DNA of 40,105 nt from a virus. Lineage: Duplodnaviria > Caudoviricetes. Made by a program: the position numbers and the translations under genes. Under the pieces are notes generated by a model. That model searched no databases. It was not told the origin of the DNA and saw nothing but the letters and a program-made list of their open reading frames with translations. The stretch spans positions 1 to 40,105 of the IMG/VR virus record IMGVR_UViG_3300025018_000270. One strand, written 5' to 3'. How positions within the stretch are numbered: position 1 is the first letter of the stretch; every line of letters starts with the position of its first letter. Below are positions 24,166 to 33,559 of the stretch, one piece after another.

Positions 24166-26414
24166 TGGCGCGGGTTCCGATCGCAGGCGGCAATCAACTC
24201 CAGCTTGCGCCGATGCAAGAGCGACGGCTGGCCGCTCCTGATTTCTCGGCTGGTGCGCGCGAGGCGGCGGCTGGCCTTGGCGGGCTCGCCAATGCGACAA
24301 TGCGGTTCGCGGAGGAACAGGATGCGCTTCAGGCGCAGCTTGATCAGGCGGCCGCCAAGGCGCTCGATAACGATTATGCCGAATATGAGCGCGAGGTGCT
24401 GCATACCGGCGAGGCCGCGTTCTACACGCAAGAGGGTTTCAATGCCTCGAACATGCGCGAGACGGTCGAGCAACAGTTGGAGGCAAAGCGCCAGGAATTG
24501 CTCGCCAAGGCGTCCAATGATCGCCAGCGTGCAATGGCAGGCGATGCGCTGGAGCGGCGCGTCGGCGCGGCTCGCACGGGGATCTCCACCTATGCGAACA
24601 AGCAATTGCGGGTCGAGGAGACGCGCCAATCCGCGCGCCGGGCGGAGGCGGCCGCAAATGATGCGGTGATCTATTACGATCAGCCGGAGCGGTTTGCGGA
24701 GGAGGTCGCTGTCGGAGAGACGGAGATCCGGACGGAGTTGGCCAAGCAAGGCGCCGCGCCGGAGACGATCAAGGGCGCGGTCGAAAACTGGAGGTCGAGC
24801 GTCTATCGCCGCGTGGCCGACGGGATGATCTCGCGGCTGGAGGTCGAGACTGCAATCTCCTATGTCGCCAGCAACCGCTCCGGCATGACGGAGGCGGATC
24901 AGGCCGCGCTCGATCGCGCGCTCGCTATCCCGCTCAAGGAACGCAAGATCGACGGGCTGGCGGATTATGTCCTGGGCGAGGGGCGCGCGGTCGCGGTCGA
25001 CGCTGATGATGCGGATCCCGGAGATCCGGATCAGCTTGCAGCCGGGTTTGCCTTGCCGATGCCGGTCGAGGGCCGGATCACGTCGGGTTTCGGCAAGCGC
25101 CGCTCGCCCATCCCCGGCGCCAGCACGAACCATGAAGCGCTCGATATCGCTGCGCCCGTCGGCACGCCTATCCGTGCGCAAGCGGCTGGTCGCGTGGTGT
25201 CTGCCAAGGATGAGGGCAAGGCCGGGCTGGTCGTGCGCGTGGATTACGGCAATGGCGTTGTTGCGTCCTATGCCCATATGCAGGGTTTCGACGTCAAGGA
25301 GGGCGATACGGTCAAGCCTGGGCAGGCTCTCGGCGGTGTTGGGGTGACGGGCAACACAAGCGGGCCGCACGTCCATTATACCTTGCGGGTCAATGGCGAG
25401 AAGGTCGATCCGACAAAGTTTGCAGGCGTGACCGGCCGCCCGTCTGGCGGCCGCCGCACGCCTACGCAGCAAGCGGGCATGTCGCGCGACGAGGCGATGC
25501 GCCGGGTCGATGATCTCAATCTTCCTCTGGAGGAGGAGCGCGCTCTCAAGTCGGAGATCACGGCGCGGTTTGCTCAGGACAATGCGATCGTCAATGATCG
25601 GCGCGAGCGAGCCCGTGAGAGCGCGCTGGAGATCCTCAACCGCGCGGATGCGTCGGGCACGCCGCTATCGCGCGAGAGCGCAATCCCTGCCTCTGTGTGG
25701 GATGCCCTGTCGCCAAGCGATGCCATGGCTATCCGCAATGACATTCGCCGCAATGCGGCCGGCCCCGCGCGCGAGACGGATCTGGGTGCCTATCTGGCGC
25801 TGTCGGATCTCTATGCCACGAACCCGGCGGGCTTCGCGCGCCTCAATCCAGCCGAGTATCTCGATCGCCTGTCCAAGGAGGATTTCGAGCAAGTGTTCGG
25901 GACGTGGCGGCGCGATGCGCTCCAGGGCGCGATCAAGGGCTCTGAAAAGCAAGTGACGCATGATCGGATCCGATCGGTTATGAGCCCGGCGCTGGAGGCG
26001 GCTGGGCTCACCACTACGGGGATCCCTACAAAGGACAAGGAGGCGCGCGATGCCATGGCGGGCCGGATCTACCGCGCGCAAAAGGCGGTGCAGCGCGAGG
26101 TTGATCTGTGGCAGCGTGCCAACCCCGGCAAGGTGATGCCTGACGATCTGATCCGGAGCGTGGTCGACCGGCAACTTACTCCGACGCGCCGCGCGGATGA
26201 TGCTCCGGAGGATAGCGGGTTTCTGGGCCTTGGCGGCAATACGCCAACCTATGTCCCGTGGTTTGAGCGGCGCGCTCTTGGCGAGGGCGGCGCTGTGGTG
26301 CAGATACCGCGGGCGGATCGTGATCGGCTGGCGCGGATCGGCCGGCAAGTGCTGGGCCGGGATCCAACCCCGCAAGAGATCACGCGCGCCTATTTCCTGG
26401 AGTTGCAACAGTAA
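24165..26414 (+). CDS. Ejection protein with an internal M23 peptidoglycan peptidase domain
   Basis: Helical ejection-protein body; PVEGRITSGFG.R...HEALDIAAPVGTP...YAHM...GQ..G.VG.TG..SGPHVHY...VDP at ~25050-25420. Confidence 0.9.
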   Translation: MARVPIAGGNQLQLAPMQERRLAAPDFSAGAREAAAGLGGLANATMRFAEEQDALQAQLDQAAAKALDNDYAEYEREVLHTGEAAFYTQEGFNASNMRETVEQQLEAKRQELLAKASNDRQRAMAGDALERRVGAARTGISTYANKQLRVEETRQSARRAEAAANDAVIYYDQPERFAEEVAVGETEIRTELAKQGAAPETIKGAVENWRSSVYRRVADGMISRLEVETAISYVASNRSGMTEADQAALDRALAIPLKERKIDGLADYVLGEGRAVAVDADDADPGDPDQLAAGFALPMPVEGRITSGFGKRRSPIPGASTNHEALDIAAPVGTPIRAQAAGRVVSAKDEGKAGLVVRVDYGNGVVASYAHMQGFDVKEGDTVKPGQALGGVGVTGNTSGPHVHYTLRVNGEKVDPTKFAGVTGRPSGGRRTPTQQAGMSRDEAMRRVDDLNLPLEEERALKSEITARFAQDNAIVNDRRERARESALEILNRADASGTPLSRESAIPASVWDALSPSDAMAIRNDIRRNAAGPARETDLGAYLALSDLYATNPAGFARLNPAEYLDRLSKEDFEQVFGTWRRDALQGAIKGSEKQVTHDRIRSVMSPALEAAGLTTTGIPTKDKEARDAMAGRIYRAQKAVQREVDLWQRANPGKVMPDDLIRSVVDRQLTPTRRADDAPEDSGFLGLGGNTPTYVPWFERRALGEGGAVVQIPRADRDRLARIGRQVLGRDPTPQEITRAYFLELQQ

Positions 26415-29400
26415 TGGCCATAGTCCCGAATGCTTCGACCGGATCCTATCGCGAGGAGGATGATCGGGATGCTTCTGCTCGCCGCGTGTTCGGCGCCATA
26501 CGCGAGCGCGAGGTCGATACGCGGGTGCGTCTGCCCGATGATGTGAAGGCGGATCCCGATGCGGCCGCACGGGCGCGCAAGGCGGCAAAGTTCACGGGCA
26601 CCTCTGCAATTGCGATCGAGAGCAATATGGCGGAGTTCGATCAGCGCCAGCGGATCTCCTCGGTCGAGGGCGCGATGCGCGAGAGCGAGCGCATGCGGCG
26701 CTGGTTTACCAAGGACGGCGCGGCGCGCGTCAGCCATGACGACGTGCCCGCTCTCAAGGCCGTTGCCAAAACCTATGACGACGCGGATGAGCAAGGCTGG
26801 CTCCCCTGGATTGGCGATAAGATCGTGGAGGGTCTGTCATCGATCGGCACGGGCACGGGTATTACGGGGGACAATGAGGCGCGGGTCATGTCGGGGCAGA
26901 TGGCGGAGGATTTCGCCAATGCCGACGGCTTCCTCGAACGATCCAGGGCGTCATTCCAGCGCACGCTCGCGGGGCTGGATGAGGGCATGCTCAACGCTAT
27001 CGCGCAACTGACGGGCTCTCCGCTCGCTCGCGAGAAGGCGGTCGGGTTCAACAGGGTCGCCTCTGCGCCGATCGCCGGGTTCACCGAATGGGATGCGGTC
27101 AAGGAAAACCCGTTCAACGTCGGCCGCTATGCTCTGGATCAGGGTGTGGCGAGCCTGCCCTATATGGCAGCCGCCATGACGGGCGTGGGCGTGTTTGCGA
27201 TTGGCACCTCGCAATCCGGCAACATTGCTGCGGAGCGGTCGGTCAATAACGGCGGCGCGCGCGGGGATGCCGGAGCATGGGATTTCGCGACGGCTGCGCC
27301 CTATGGCTATGCGGCCGCTTTTCTGGAGAGGGTCGGGCTTAACACGATTATCGCCGGGGCGGGCAAGACGGCAACGCGCCGGATTGCAGGTGCGGCGGCT
27401 GGTGAAGGCCTGACCGAGTTCTTGCAAGGGAATATCGAATATGCCGGCGGCACGGTCGGGACGGAGGCCGGTTTCGATCCCTTGATGAGCCTGGAGCAAG
27501 GCTTTGCGGGCCTGGTCGCTGGCGCTCCTATGGGCGCTGCGCTGCGCGGTGGCGCGGAGATCATCGATGCAACGGCGGTGCGGATGACGCAATATGCGCA
27601 AGCGCGCACGTCTGAGCGGCTGGTCGAGGATATTTTCAACGGCGCGGCAAAGAGTAAGCTGCGCCTGCGGGATCCGGAATTGTTCGCCGAGTTCATGGCC
27701 GCGCAAGCACAAGGCACCTCTGCCGAAAACCTCTATGTGAATGGCGACGTGCTGCGCTCGTTGTTTCAGGATGAGAACGGGCTGGAGATCCAGCGCGAGG
27801 AGGGCGGCATTGATTTCGAGGAGATGCTCCCCGATTTCTGGGATCAACTGGCGCAAGCCGATCGCACGGGCGGCGATGTTGTGATCCCGATGGCGCGCGC
27901 GGCCGCCTATCTGGCGGGCACGCCTGAATGGGAGATCATCAAGGGCGCGTCTCGCGTGGCGCCGGGCGGGCTGTCTCCGAATGAGGCGCGCGGGCTGGAA
28001 AACGATTGGTCGGATACGATCGAGGAGATGGGCCGCCGCGCCTATGCGGAGGCCCGTGCCGACGTGGAGGCGGAGGGGCCGCGCACGCGGGTCTATAATG
28101 AGGTGCTGTCTCAGGCGCGCCAGGCGGGTTTCTCTCTCAATGCCAGCCGCGCCTATGCGGATCTGTGGTCGGAACGATATCAGGCGCGTGCGGAGCGGTT
28201 GGGTGGCGGCACGAATGCCTGGCAACTGTTCGAACAAAGCGTTGCTGGGATCCGGCAGGCGATGCCGGGATCTGTCGATACCTATCGCCGCGGCGATCAA
28301 ATGGACGTGCTGATCAACGCGATGCGCAACAGCGCCATGCCGATGATGCCGGAGGGCGAGGGGCTGATCGATCGGATCATGCGCGGCGGAGGCGTGGTCG
28401 ACGTCAACCTCGAAACCGGCAAGGGCGGCGATATCAAGTCCATGGGCGGGGATCGTGTTCGCAAGGGCGGCGTGTTCGGCCGCCCGCTGCAAACGCTGAT
28501 CGCGCAAGCCAATGAGGCAGGTGAATTTGATCGCTCGCTTACACTGGATGAGTGGGCACTTAACCTGTGGGAGGAGGGCTATTTTGGCCCGCGCGAGGAG
28601 CGCCCTACGGTCAATGAGTTGCTGGATCTTATCGGCGATGCGCTGCGCGGAGAGACGGTTGTTCCGTTTGACAATCGCTCCTCGGCGGTGGTCGAGACGA
28701 ATAACGCAATCGTGGAGGCCGCTGACGATCTGCGCCGCGTGCTGGAGGATGCTGGGCTGGATCCGGAGACGGCAACGCGGCAAGAGATCGATGCCGCGCT
28801 CGATGCCTATCAGGCGTCGGAGGCGGGTGCGCGCGGGTTCGAGCAATCCGCCTTTCACGGTTCGCCATTCACATTTGATAGGTTCTCTACGGATTTCATG
28901 GGAAGCGGAGAGGGCGTCGAGGCGTTCGGCTGGGGGCTCTATTTCAGCAATGCGCGCGAGATCGCGGAGCATTACCGCGATGTGCTGTCACGCGATAGCA
29001 GCAACTTCACCGTGGGCGATACGGGCGATGTGTTCGATCCCTCCAGCCTGCGCCATCTCAACGCGCGCGTGATCGCGCGGAAGAATGGTGCGGACGTCGC
29101 CGCCTCTATCCGCCAGGTGCGCGCGCTCATGGACGGATCCAGCGATGACATGCGCGCCATGCTGGAGGAGGATCTCGCCGTCCTGGGCGAGATCGAGGAG
29201 CGCGGAGGGCTCCGGCCGCCGGGTGAGGGTCGGCTGTATGAGGTCGAGATCCCTGAGGATAATGAGTTCCTGCTCTGGGATAAGCCGCTCGATCAGCAAC
29301 CGGAGGGGATCTGGGATGCGTTCGTGGATGCGGCCGATGCAATCTCCGATGATGCCGGCGGCGCTGATCTGCGGATGATGTTCGAGAGCGGGCAAGTCAC

Positions 29401-32400
29401 TGGAGAGGAGGCCTATAAGTTCCTGGCCGCCACCTATGCGCAAGGCTCGGTTCCCGATGGCGTCGGCCGCTACACGCTGCGGCAAGAGGGCGCGCGCGAG
29501 GCGTCGGAGATCTTGCTTGCGGCTGGTGTCGCTGGGGTCAAATATCAGGCTGGCCAGCTATCGGACAGCACACCCTCCGGCGCGTTCAACTATGTCGTGT
29601 TCGATGCCGGCCGGGTCGAGATCCGGAGCATGTTCCAGGAGGGCGCGCGCGGCCGGATCGATTTCCTCGGCGATGGTCGCGCCATGGTCACGCTGTTCGA
29701 GGGGCGTGATATGTCGACGCTGCTCCATGAAGGCGGGCACCTGTGGCTGGAGGAGTTGCGCACCGATGCGCTTTCCGGCCGTGCGGCTGGTGTCACCCAG
29801 GATTGGAAAACGATCAAGGCCTGGATGAAGCGCGAGACGGGTCTGACGATCAGCGACAAAAAGCCTATCCCCACTGAGGCGCATGAATTGTGGGCGCGCG
29901 CCATGGAGCGCTATTTCATGGAGGGTAAGGCGCCCTCGGCGGCGCTGCGCTCGGCCTTCGCCTCTTTCCGCGCCTGGCTGGTTCGGATCTACAAGCGTGT
30001 CACCGGGCTCAATGCCAATATCGATGATGAGGTGCGCCAGGTCTTTGCTCGCCTGATCGCAACCGATGAGGCTATCCGCTTCGCGCAAAGCGAAAGCGGA
30101 GATCGCGCGCTGTTCGCGGAGGCTGCGGCCGCCGGCATGACGGAGGCGGAGTTCAAGGCTTATCAGGATCTCGTAAGCGAGAGCCGGACGGAGGCCTATG
30201 ACGCGCTGCTCAACAAGACAATGGAGCGGGTGCGGATCGAGCGGACAAAGGAAGCGCGCGAGCGGCGGGCGTCCATCCGGATCGAGGTCGAGCGCGAGAT
30301 CCGCGCGCGGCCTGAGTGGCAGGCGCTCGATCTCATGCGCGGCAATGGCGGCGTGCATATGCCTGTGTCCAAGCTGAGTGTGATCGAGCGGGTCGGGCGT
30401 GATGCGCTGGAGTTGCTGCCGCGCGGCCGCCCTGGCTTCCCGACGTTTACCGATGACGGGCTTGATGCGGATCTGGTCGCGGAGCGGGCGGGCTTTGCTA
30501 CCGGCCATGACATGCTCACGGCGCTTATGGGGATCGGCCTGCGCCGCGCGGAGTTGGTCAAGGCCGGGGATCGGCGCACGGTGCTGGAGGAGGCGATTGA
30601 CGTTGAAACCGATCGCCGGATGACGGAGCGCTATGGCGATATCCTGTCGGACGGCACGATCGAGGAGGAGGCGCTGGAGATCATCCACACCGATGCTGGC
30701 TCGCAACGGCTGGCGGCGGAGGTGCGGCAACTGGCAAAGCGCGCTGGCGAGGCTCCGACGCCGGAGGATGCAATCCGCGATTGGGCGGAGCGGATCGTTG
30801 GAGATGCGCGGATCGTGGATCAGGCGTCGGGTGCGGCTGTCGACCGTCATCGCCGCGCTGCCGAGAAGGCAGGGCGCGCGGCGGAGCAAGCCTATCTCAA
30901 CGGCGATTTCGCGGAGGCCTTCAAGCAAAAGCAACGGCAACAGATTGCCAATGCGTTGTTCATCGCGAGCCGCACCGCGCGCGATCGGGTCGAGGTCATC
31001 GGCCGCCGGCTGGATCGCTATGCCAAGTCGCGCGGCTACAAGGGTATGGCGCCTGAGTATCTCGATCGGATCCATGAATTGCTGGAGCAATTCGATCTCC
31101 GCAAGCGGTCGGAGCAAACGCTCCGCGAGCGCGAGACGTTCGACAAGTGGGCCGCCCGCCAACGGGATCTTGGGATCGACGTCCAGGTTCCGGAGCGCCT
31201 GACGCTCGCCGGAGACAAGCATTTCACGCGCCTGACCTTTGATGAGGTCGTGGCGCTGGATGATGCGGTGGAGAGCCTGGCCAACCTCGGCCGCCAGAAA
31301 ATGCGCCTCAAGCTGGATAAGGAGGAGCGGGATCTGGAGGAGATGGTCGGACAGGCGGTGCAGAATGCCGTCGCCTTGCCGACGCGGCCGTTCGACGCGG
31401 AGCGCAATCCCTCGCGCAACTTCCCGCGCGAGATCAATGCCGCGCTGGTCAAGATGGAGTTCCTTGCCGACTATCTCGATGACAATGATCCCAACGGCGT
31501 GTTCAATGAGATGCTGGTCAAGGGGGCAACGCGCGCGGCAAACCGGCTGGAGGAATTGCAGCGCGACGTGCTGGATCCGCTCGCCCGCCTCTACCTCGAT
31601 ATGCCGGGCAAGGAGCGGCGGCGCTTTGCGGAGCGGATCTCCGTGCCGGAGTTCGTCTCTGTGGATCCTGAGACGCGCGCGGTCACGCCTACGGTGTTCA
31701 TGCGTTCGGAGTTGATCGCGGTCGCGCTCAACGTCGGCAACAAGTCCAATATGGACAAGATGATCCAGGGCGAAACCGGCGCGCTCGCTGCGCTGCTGGG
31801 CGAGCGCGGTGCTGCTCCGCATGTGTGGACGGAGGAAAAGGTCATGGCGGTGCTGAACCGCCACCTCTCGGAGAGCGATTGGCAGTTTGTGGAGACAGTC
31901 TGGCAACGGGTCAATTCGATGTGGCCCGCGATTGTCGAGGCGGAGCGCGAGTTGACGGGCATGACGCCGGAGAAGGTCGAGGCGAGGCCGGTCGAGACGC
32001 GGTTCGGCACGATCGAGGGCGGGTATTATCCTTTGGTCTATGATCCCAACCGCTCGCAGATTGCGGCGAACAATGCCGATCAGGAAGCGGCAGATATGTT
32101 CGGCGCGATCGGGCGGTTCGTGGGCACTCCCAAGGGGCACACGATCAGCCGCACCTCGGCCGCGCTGCCGATCACGTTCTCGCTGGAGCGGGTGCTGTTC
32201 TCGCATATCAAGAAGGTCACCACGCGGATCGCCTATGGCCGCTATGTGCGCGACGTTCTCAAGTTCACCGGGCACCCGAAGATCCGCAAGCTGTTCGATG
32301 ATCATCTGGGCATGGAATACCACACACAGATCAAGCCGTGGCTCAAGGAGCAAATCCAGGATGCGTCCATGGATATGAAACACCTGGCCGCGCTGGATAG

Positions 32401-33547
32401 GATCCTGCGGCAATTCCGCGTCAACATGACGCTGGTGGGGCTGGGGTTCCGGTTCACTACCATGTTTGCCCAGGTCGCCGGCTGGCATAACTCGCAAGCG
32501 GAGATCGGGACAAAGTGGCTGCTGCGCGGTGTGAGGGAGATGGCACGCAATGCGGGCTCGATCCGCTCGTTCGTGTTTGAGAAGTCGCCGGAGATGGCCG
32601 GCCGCGCGCAAGCCTTCGATCGCGATATCCGGCTGTTCTATCAGCAAGCCAATGAGAGCGGCCGTCGCCGCGGCAACTCATGGATCGACAAGGCTGCGCA
32701 AGCTGCTGATGCGGCTGGTGTGCCCAAGATCCAGGCGGCCGCGTTCTGGGGCATTGGCATGATCGATGTTTACATGGTCGCCATGCCGACGTGGCTGGGC
32801 GCCTATCACAAGGCGCTGGATGCGGGGATGAGTGATGCGGAGGCGTCGGCGGCTGGTGACAAGGCGGTGCGCAAGTCGCAATCCGCCGGCCGGTCAAAGG
32901 ATCTGGCGGCCGTGCAGCGCGGGCCGGAAGGGATCCGCGTGCTGACGACGTTCTACTCCTATTTCAACGTCCTCTATAACAAGCAATTTGAGACGACGCT
33001 CCTGGTCAAGCGCGGCAATGAGGCTGGACGGCGCGGAGACAAGGCGGGCAAATATGATCATTGGCGCCAGGCGGCGATGAATGTCTGGTGGATCATGCTG
33101 CTCGCGCCTGTCACCTCGGCGCTGCTGACCGGAGATCTGCCTGATGAGGATGAGCGGGATCTGGAGGGGCTCACCTCCTGGGCGATGAACCGGATCTTTT
33201 TCGGGCTGTGGGCCGGCGTGCCGGGGCTGCGCGATGTGGCAAGCCGCGCGCAACGCAAGATCGAGGGCGAGTATGCCGGCAATGTGCAGTCGCCTTTCTT
33301 TACCGCGTTCGATGCGGCGGAGCGGCCGCTCAATGACCTGTTCTCCGTTTTGCAGGGCGATGAGCCTAGCGAGCGCTGGATCAAGAATGCGATCGTGGCG
33401 CCGGGATATTTCCTTGGCCTGCCTACGGGACAGCTTGGTTCGACGGTGCAGTATCTTGCTGATGTGGCGGAAGGGGATCAAAATCCCGATGACGCTGGCG
33501 ATGTGGTGAAGGGCATTGTAAAAGGCCCGCAACAAAATCAGGAATAG
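26414..33547 (+). CDS. Large ejection/polyvalent protein (2377 aa) with ART-PolyVal-like and HExxH metallopeptidase-like modules
   Basis: AFHGS...FD.F....G.GEG...FGWGLYFS...LYEV.IP...NYVVFD (~28850-29620); STLLHEGGH (~29715-29740) and HELWAR..E.Y..EGKAPS; IEGGYYPLVYD. Confidence 0.88.
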   Translation: MAIVPNASTGSYREEDDRDASARRVFGAIREREVDTRVRLPDDVKADPDAAARARKAAKFTGTSAIAIESNMAEFDQRQRISSVEGAMRESERMRRWFTKDGAARVSHDDVPALKAVAKTYDDADEQGWLPWIGDKIVEGLSSIGTGTGITGDNEARVMSGQMAEDFANADGFLERSRASFQRTLAGLDEGMLNAIAQLTGSPLAREKAVGFNRVASAPIAGFTEWDAVKENPFNVGRYALDQGVASLPYMAAAMTGVGVFAIGTSQSGNIAAERSVNNGGARGDAGAWDFATAAPYGYAAAFLERVGLNTIIAGAGKTATRRIAGAAAGEGLTEFLQGNIEYAGGTVGTEAGFDPLMSLEQGFAGLVAGAPMGAALRGGAEIIDATAVRMTQYAQARTSERLVEDIFNGAAKSKLRLRDPELFAEFMAAQAQGTSAENLYVNGDVLRSLFQDENGLEIQREEGGIDFEEMLPDFWDQLAQADRTGGDVVIPMARAAAYLAGTPEWEIIKGASRVAPGGLSPNEARGLENDWSDTIEEMGRRAYAEARADVEAEGPRTRVYNEVLSQARQAGFSLNASRAYADLWSERYQARAERLGGGTNAWQLFEQSVAGIRQAMPGSVDTYRRGDQMDVLINAMRNSAMPMMPEGEGLIDRIMRGGGVVDVNLETGKGGDIKSMGGDRVRKGGVFGRPLQTLIAQANEAGEFDRSLTLDEWALNLWEEGYFGPREERPTVNELLDLIGDALRGETVVPFDNRSSAVVETNNAIVEAADDLRRVLEDAGLDPETATRQEIDAALDAYQASEAGARGFEQSAFHGSPFTFDRFSTDFMGSGEGVEAFGWGLYFSNAREIAEHYRDVLSRDSSNFTVGDTGDVFDPSSLRHLNARVIARKNGADVAASIRQVRALMDGSSDDMRAMLEEDLAVLGEIEERGGLRPPGEGRLYEVEIPEDNEFLLWDKPLDQQPEGIWDAFVDAADAISDDAGGADLRMMFESGQVTGEEAYKFLAATYAQGSVPDGVGRYTLRQEGAREASEILLAAGVAGVKYQAGQLSDSTPSGAFNYVVFDAGRVEIRSMFQEGARGRIDFLGDGRAMVTLFEGRDMSTLLHEGGHLWLEELRTDALSGRAAGVTQDWKTIKAWMKRETGLTISDKKPIPTEAHELWARAMERYFMEGKAPSAALRSAFASFRAWLVRIYKRVTGLNANIDDEVRQVFARLIATDEAIRFAQSESGDRALFAEAAAAGMTEAEFKAYQDLVSESRTEAYDALLNKTMERVRIERTKEARERRASIRIEVEREIRARPEWQALDLMRGNGGVHMPVSKLSVIERVGRDALELLPRGRPGFPTFTDDGLDADLVAERAGFATGHDMLTALMGIGLRRAELVKAGDRRTVLEEAIDVETDRRMTERYGDILSDGTIEEEALEIIHTDAGSQRLAAEVRQLAKRAGEAPTPEDAIRDWAERIVGDARIVDQASGAAVDRHRRAAEKAGRAAEQAYLNGDFAEAFKQKQRQQIANALFIASRTARDRVEVIGRRLDRYAKSRGYKGMAPEYLDRIHELLEQFDLRKRSEQTLRERETFDKWAARQRDLGIDVQVPERLTLAGDKHFTRLTFDEVVALDDAVESLANLGRQKMRLKLDKEERDLEEMVGQAVQNAVALPTRPFDAERNPSRNFPREINAALVKMEFLADYLDDNDPNGVFNEMLVKGATRAANRLEELQRDVLDPLARLYLDMPGKERRRFAERISVPEFVSVDPETRAVTPTVFMRSELIAVALNVGNKSNMDKMIQGETGALAALLGERGAAPHVWTEEKVMAVLNRHLSESDWQFVETVWQRVNSMWPAIVEAERELTGMTPEKVEARPVETRFGTIEGGYYPLVYDPNRSQIAANNADQEAADMFGAIGRFVGTPKGHTISRTSAALPITFSLERVLFSHIKKVTTRIAYGRYVRDVLKFTGHPKIRKLFDDHLGMEYHTQIKPWLKEQIQDASMDMKHLAALDRILRQFRVNMTLVGLGFRFTTMFAQVAGWHNSQAEIGTKWLLRGVREMARNAGSIRSFVFEKSPEMAGRAQAFDRDIRLFYQQANESGRRRGNSWIDKAAQAADAAGVPKIQAAAFWGIGMIDVYMVAMPTWLGAYHKALDAGMSDAEASAAGDKAVRKSQSAGRSKDLAAVQRGPEGIRVLTTFYSYFNVLYNKQFETTLLVKRGNEAGRRGDKAGKYDHWRQAAMNVWWIMLLAPVTSALLTGDLPDEDERDLEGLTSWAMNRIFFGLWAGVPGLRDVASRAQRKIEGEYAGNVQSPFFTAFDAAERPLNDLFSVLQGDEPSERWIKNAIVAPGYFLGLPTGQLGSTVQYLADVAEGDQNPDDAGDVVKGIVKGPQQNQE

Positions 33548-33559
33548 GGGCACGGCTCA

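Noticed and set aside
29558-32647. Long antisense ORFs (29558..32647, 26951..28972, 15042..16814, 24159..25472 and others)
   Set aside because: These are shadows of high-GC coding genes on the opposite strand, with no recognisable motifs
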